A DNA stretch of 10,761 bases from Oculatellaceae cyanobacterium bins.114 (lineage in GTDB: Bacteria; Cyanobacteriota; Cyanobacteriia; Elainellales; Elainellaceae): assembly GCA_033764315.1 (NCBI GenBank), contig JANRJA010000247.1, positions 1-10,761 of the forward strand. Reading direction: 5' to 3'. The notes beneath the pieces were generated by a model. The model was not told where the DNA came from, made no database searches, and worked only from the letters and a program-made list of their open reading frames with translations. The translations under genes were made by a program, and so were the position numbers. This document shows, in pieces, positions 7,348-10,761 of this stretch. Each line of letters begins with the position of its first letter. The stretch's first letter is position 1.

Positions 7348-8820
7348 CTATTTTGCTCTACCAATCAGGTCTGCGATAATCTTGCCAGAACTCATCACAC
7401 CTGGTAGACCTGCTCCAGGATGGGTTCCGGCTCCTACGCAATAGAGATTGGCAATATCTTCGCTCTGATTGTGTGGTCGAAACCAGGCCGATTGAAATAG
7501 GGTTGGTTCTAGTGAAAACGCAGTGCCCTTATAACTGTTCAATTCATTTTGAAAATATAACGGGTTGATGCTGTGTTCTGTGACAATGTGCTTTGACAAA
7601 TCTGGTAGATAATGGTGCTCTAAGTATTGAATAATTGCATCTCGATAGGGCTTTGTCATGGTATTCCAATCGGTTGTGCTATCTAAGTTTGGCACTGGAG
7701 CCAAGACATACCAGCAATCACAACCCAGTGGTGCAAGCGTGGTGTCTGTTGCGGTTGGACGATGCAGATAGAGTGAAAAATCAGAGGCTAGCTGTTTGCG
7801 ATCAAACAAATCCACCATCCACTCGCGGTAACGCGGACCCATCAAAATCTCGTGGTGTGCCATGTGCTCATAGCGGCGATTGGTGCCAAAGTAAATGACA
7901 AACAGGGACATAGAGTAGCGCAAATTTTGAACGTAGCGATCGCTATACTTGCGACGAAACTGTGCCGGAATCAGTTTGAGATAGGTCAAGGCAATGTCAG
8001 CATTACTGACGATCGCCTCTGCTGACAGCGATTCGCCATTTTTAAGAGCAATCCCAGTAGCCATTTTGGTCTTGCGATCAATCAAAATCTCCGTCACTTC
8101 GGTGTTGAGCCGTAATTCTCCCCCTAGCTCTTGAAACAGGCGCACCAACCCTTGTACCAGTGCCCCCGTGCCACCCATGACAAACCAAATCCCAAAAGCT
8201 TGCTCTAGTTTGTGAATCATGGCGTAGACCGAGGTACTTTGAAACGGATTACCCCCAATTAACAAGGGATGAAAACTAAAGACCTGTCGTAGTCGCTCAT
8301 CTTGAATGTACTGATTAACGAAGCCCGCAACCGACTTAAAGGACTGTAATTGAAGCATGTCGGGTGCTACTTTGAGCATGTCCGTGATCTGGCTAAAGGG
8401 TTTTGTCATCAGCGGCAATCCCTTTTGAAACACCTGCTCTGAGGCTCGGTAAAAGCGATGGTAGCCCTCGACATCTGCCGAATTAAATTGCTCAATTTGC
8501 TCTAATAGATAGTCGCGATCGCCATTGTAGTGAAACACTGATCCGTCTTCAAATCGCACGTTATAAAACGGATCAAGAGGCACTAATGTCACATAATCTT
8601 TGGTTTTGCGATCGCTCAATTCAAACAATTCATCAATCAGGTAAGGAGCGGTGATGATGGTGGGGCCCGCATCAAATGTAAACCCCTCTTGTTGATAGAC
8701 ATAAGCACGGCCACCGGGCTGATCTCGCTTGTCAACGAGGGTCACTTGATGCCCCTGTGTTTGTAGCCGAATGGCAGTTGATAACCCACCAAACCCACTG
8801 CCAATTACAACAATTTTCAT
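7348..8820 (-). CDS. crtI: CrtI-family phytoene/carotenoid desaturase (bacterial type)
   Basis: FAD-binding VVIGSGFGGL, GGRA, GFTFDAGPTIITAP, FSFHPLLIGGNPF, GGTGALV, SMSLFVIYFG, SLYLHRP, QSAWFRPHN and C-terminal NLYCVGAGTHPGAGLPGV. Confidence 0.85.
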   Translation of the reverse strand: MKIVVIGSGFGGLSTAIRLQTQGHQVTLVDKRDQPGGRAYVYQQEGFTFDAGPTIITAPYLIDELFELSDRKTKDYVTLVPLDPFYNVRFEDGSVFHYNGDRDYLLEQIEQFNSADVEGYHRFYRASEQVFQKGLPLMTKPFSQITDMLKVAPDMLQLQSFKSVAGFVNQYIQDERLRQVFSFHPLLIGGNPFQSTSVYAMIHKLEQAFGIWFVMGGTGALVQGLVRLFQELGGELRLNTEVTEILIDRKTKMATGIALKNGESLSAEAIVSNADIALTYLKLIPAQFRRKYSDRYVQNLRYSMSLFVIYFGTNRRYEHMAHHEILMGPRYREWMVDLFDRKQLASDFSLYLHRPTATDTTLAPLGCDCWYVLAPVPNLDSTTDWNTMTKPYRDAIIQYLEHHYLPDLSKHIVTEHSINPLYFQNELNSYKGTAFSLEPTLFQSAWFRPHNQSEDIANLYCVGAGTHPGAGLPGVMSSGKIIADLIGRAK

Positions 8821-8870
8821 GAAATGCTCTCAACACTACCAGACTCATTAAATCAGAAGATGTTAGACCC

Positions 8871-8894
8871 AAGTTGCTGAGTTGCCAAGTTGCC
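8871..8894. repeat. Three tandem 8-mers RAGTTGCY in the crtI / membrane-protein divergent intergenic region
   Basis: AAGTTGCT GAGTTGCC AAGTTGCC read directly from the sequence. Confidence 0.7.
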
Positions 8895-9017
8895 GAGGGT
8901 ATTGAGATCTGAGTCGTTAAATGTGGAACTGTCGTCTTATGAATATTTGATATCGAGTAGGGCGATCGCCGTTATAGTGGTTTTACCTTTTTAGATAAAA
9001 ATAGTTGGGCGAGTGTT

Positions 9018-9788
9018 ATGAGGTTAAGTTCTGCTCTGCGCCTGCTTGTTTTAGGATTTGTGATGTGGTGCTCAATGGCAGAGGCTGCTACTGCAAACTC
9101 ATGGCCCCCAATGGCAGTCTGGTTGCTTCATATTCCTCTGGGTGCAGGTCTCATCAGTTATGGTATCGGCTTAGTGGCGATCGCTCTATTAGAGGGGTTC
9201 ATTCTATCTCAACGAGAAAACCTCGCTTTAGGCAAAAGTATGATTGTGACTGGGTTAGCAAACCTCTGTTCTTGTCTGTTAGGGGTGCTCATCGTGATGG
9301 GTCTGGCGGCTTTGCCCTACAGCATTGTGGGGTTACTATTTCTGGGACTGTTATATGGGTTGCTGATCTTTTTTTCTTGGTCATCTATTCCCTTAGTTCG
9401 CTTCAAAGGGTCGAGTCAACCTCAAATTTGGAATATTTTGATGCACTTAATCATGTGGAGTAGCATCTGGTTTGCCCTGTTGTTGAGTAGTTTGTTATTA
9501 ATTCCAGCCGTTGGTGCATTGAATCCAAACACGGTTGCAGGAGGAAGATTTCCTGACCCAACTGTTTTGTTGATTGTGAATGGGGCACAACTTTTGGCCG
9601 TGATGCTATTTGTGGCAATTGGCTTTGCCATTAGTGTTGTGTCAGAGGGGTTTTGCCTCACTCGCTTGTTACCGCAAGCCTCTACATCGTTGTGGCATAC
9701 CGTTTTGATTATGAACTTGCGATCATATGCCTATATTGCTGTGCCCATCACCCTCGTATTTCTGATGTCACGTCGGTCGTGGCTCTAA
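9018..9788 (+). CDS. Hypothetical multi-pass membrane protein with an internal duplicated EGFxL-x18-NLxS motif
   Basis: 256 aa and very hydrophobic, with a possible signal peptide ending in AEA/ATA. The two motif copies have identical spacing. Confidence 0.75.
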   Translation: MRLSSALRLLVLGFVMWCSMAEAATANSWPPMAVWLLHIPLGAGLISYGIGLVAIALLEGFILSQRENLALGKSMIVTGLANLCSCLLGVLIVMGLAALPYSIVGLLFLGLLYGLLIFFSWSSIPLVRFKGSSQPQIWNILMHLIMWSSIWFALLLSSLLLIPAVGALNPNTVAGGRFPDPTVLLIVNGAQLLAVMLFVAIGFAISVVSEGFCLTRLLPQASTSLWHTVLIMNLRSYAYIAVPITLVFLMSRRSWL

Positions 9789-9950
9789 AGTGCAATGATT
9801 TCCGTAGCAGACCTAACCTGGTGACGTGAATAAACTGGATCTAATACCGATTTAAACGGATTTTTGGGCAGATCAAAATTCAGGAGGGTCTTTGCAGTGC
9901 CAAGCCCGTACCAGGATCTATCGTGTTTTCAATTCAAATTGGTATAACGT

Positions 9951-10619
9951 ATGGCTACTTTTTTGCGATCGCTCAGTTACCGCTATCAATGGCTGTTTGA
10001 TTTAATTGTGGGTGTGTCATCGTTTGTAGTGGGAGGTGAACCCCGATTTCGCCAATTACCATTAGAAGGGTTAAAGATTGCCCCAGAGATGAAAGTGCTA
10101 GATCTGTGTTGTGGCAGTGGACAGGGCACCCAATATTTAGTGGAGCGATCGCACCATGTAATTGGCTTAGACGCTGATCTGGTGCCGTTGCAACGCGCCA
10201 AACAACGGGTGCCAAGAGCACAATATGTGCAGGCATGGGCAGAGCGAATGCCCTTTTCAGATCATGAATTTGACATCGTTTACACCAGTGCCACACTCCA
10301 TGAAATGCAGCCTGACCAATGCCTACAAATCTTGCAAGAAGTGCACCGTGTGCTCAAACCGGGGGGATGCTTTACTCAAGTTGACTTTCATCGTCCTAAA
10401 AATCCGCTACTCCGATTAAATCTATATTTGTTTCTTTGGTTATTTGAAAATGAAACTGCCTGGAGTTTTGTCTGCCTTGACCTATTAGATGTGTTACCAA
10501 AAACAGGGTTTGAGGTGAGACAATTCAAACTTTATGCTGGAGGCAGTCTGCAATTGATTCAGGCATGTAAAGTATCTGATCAGTCAGTTGATCTAACAAA
10601 AGATAGCAATCCTATTTAA
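9951..10619 (+). CDS. Class I SAM-dependent methyltransferase (Methyltransf_11 / UbiE-like)
   Basis: Motif I VLDLCCGSG, VIGLD, AERMPFSDHEFDIV, LHEM and EVHRVLKPGG. Confidence 0.9.
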   Translation: MATFLRSLSYRYQWLFDLIVGVSSFVVGGEPRFRQLPLEGLKIAPEMKVLDLCCGSGQGTQYLVERSHHVIGLDADLVPLQRAKQRVPRAQYVQAWAERMPFSDHEFDIVYTSATLHEMQPDQCLQILQEVHRVLKPGGCFTQVDFHRPKNPLLRLNLYLFLWLFENETAWSFVCLDLLDVLPKTGFEVRQFKLYAGGSLQLIQACKVSDQSVDLTKDSNPI

Positions 10620-10737
10620 TTCGTGAAAAAGCTCAGGAGTAGGATCATTTGTCCATCATCCTGAGCCTTTAGTAACGCGAGTAGTCCTCTAAAAGTAATG
10701 ATGTTTGAGGACTATAGCAGTCCTAAATCATTTGTGA
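10603..10737. repeat. Two direct copies (19/24 identical) of an ATAGCARTCCTA...GTGA motif, resembling an IS630/MITE-type terminus
   Basis: ATAGCAATCCTATTTAATTCGTGA (10603-10626) versus ATAGCAGTCCTAAATCATTTGTGA (10714-10737). The resemblance to cyanobacterial IS630-like ends is from memory. Confidence 0.55.
10626..10670 (+). terminator. Possible intrinsic terminator hairpin after the methyltransferase
   Basis: Stem GCTCAGGA (10631-10638) / TCCTGAGC (10659-10666), flanked by an A-run on the left and CTTT on the right. The loop is long, at 20 nt. Confidence 0.4.
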
Positions 10738-10761
10738 GATTAGTAGGTTGTGAGAGGCGGG

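Larger units (their letters stand above)
1488..10152. repeat. HIP1 octamer GCGATCGC, dispersed (22 perfect copies)
   Basis: Start positions: 1488, 1905, 2215, 2974, 3137, 3208, 3439, 3583, 3868, 3927, 4519, 5266, 5719, 6023, 6984, 7936, 8515, 8608, 8962, 9177, 9965, 10145. HIP1 enrichment is diagnostic of cyanobacteria. Confidence 0.95.

Noticed and set aside
4380..7898. Short ORFs inside the protease, phoX and crtI genes, and 5922-6119
   Set aside because: They overlap confident CDSs, have atypical composition and show no independent evidence.
8947..8978. TTGATA...TATAGT sigma70-like promoter for the membrane protein gene
   Set aside because: The 20-nt spacer is off consensus and cannot be supported without TSS data.
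9005..10419. ORFs 9005-9463 (Cys-rich), 9422-9661, 9973-10296, 9986-10201 and 10225-10419
   Set aside because: Off-frame or antisense readings of the membrane protein and methyltransferase. The Cys richness is a by-product of TG-rich hydrophobic codons.
9951..10619. Methyltransferase as a carotenoid methyltransferase (CrtF/CruF-linked) or as menG/ubiE
   Set aside because: Only generic class I motifs are visible, and proximity to crtI alone is insufficient for a gene symbol.
10603..10737. The direct repeats read as a CRISPR array
   Set aside because: Only two divergent copies, an 87-nt spacer, and no cas genes in the window.

Overview
Cyanobacterial DNA: 22 perfect HIP1 octamers (GCGATCGC) counted by eye, about 2 per kb. 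From left to right: (1) The 3' end of an IS5-family transposase plus its terminal repeat (1-138, absent from the ORF track), inserted into the 3' end of an NADP oxidoreductase/F420 reductase-family gene. (2) A minus-strand three-gene operon (beta-propeller lactonase-like protein, membrane-anchored ABM-domain protein, oxidoreductase), divergent from an HxlR regulator fused to a degenerate receiver domain. (3) A large M50 site-2 protease with C-terminal TPRs. (4) An intergenic relic of an RHS/YD repeat. (5) A Tat-exported PhoX-family phosphatase directly downstream of a bacterial-type CrtI-family carotenoid desaturase. (6) A membrane protein with an internal duplicated motif. (7) A class I SAM methyltransferase whose stop codon lies in a repeat resembling an IS630/MITE terminus. 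There is no CRISPR array, RNA gene or recognisable defence system. The best candidate for an uncharacterised system is the HxlR-pseudo-receiver redox/electrophile-response locus. All family assignments come from motif recognition, not database searches.
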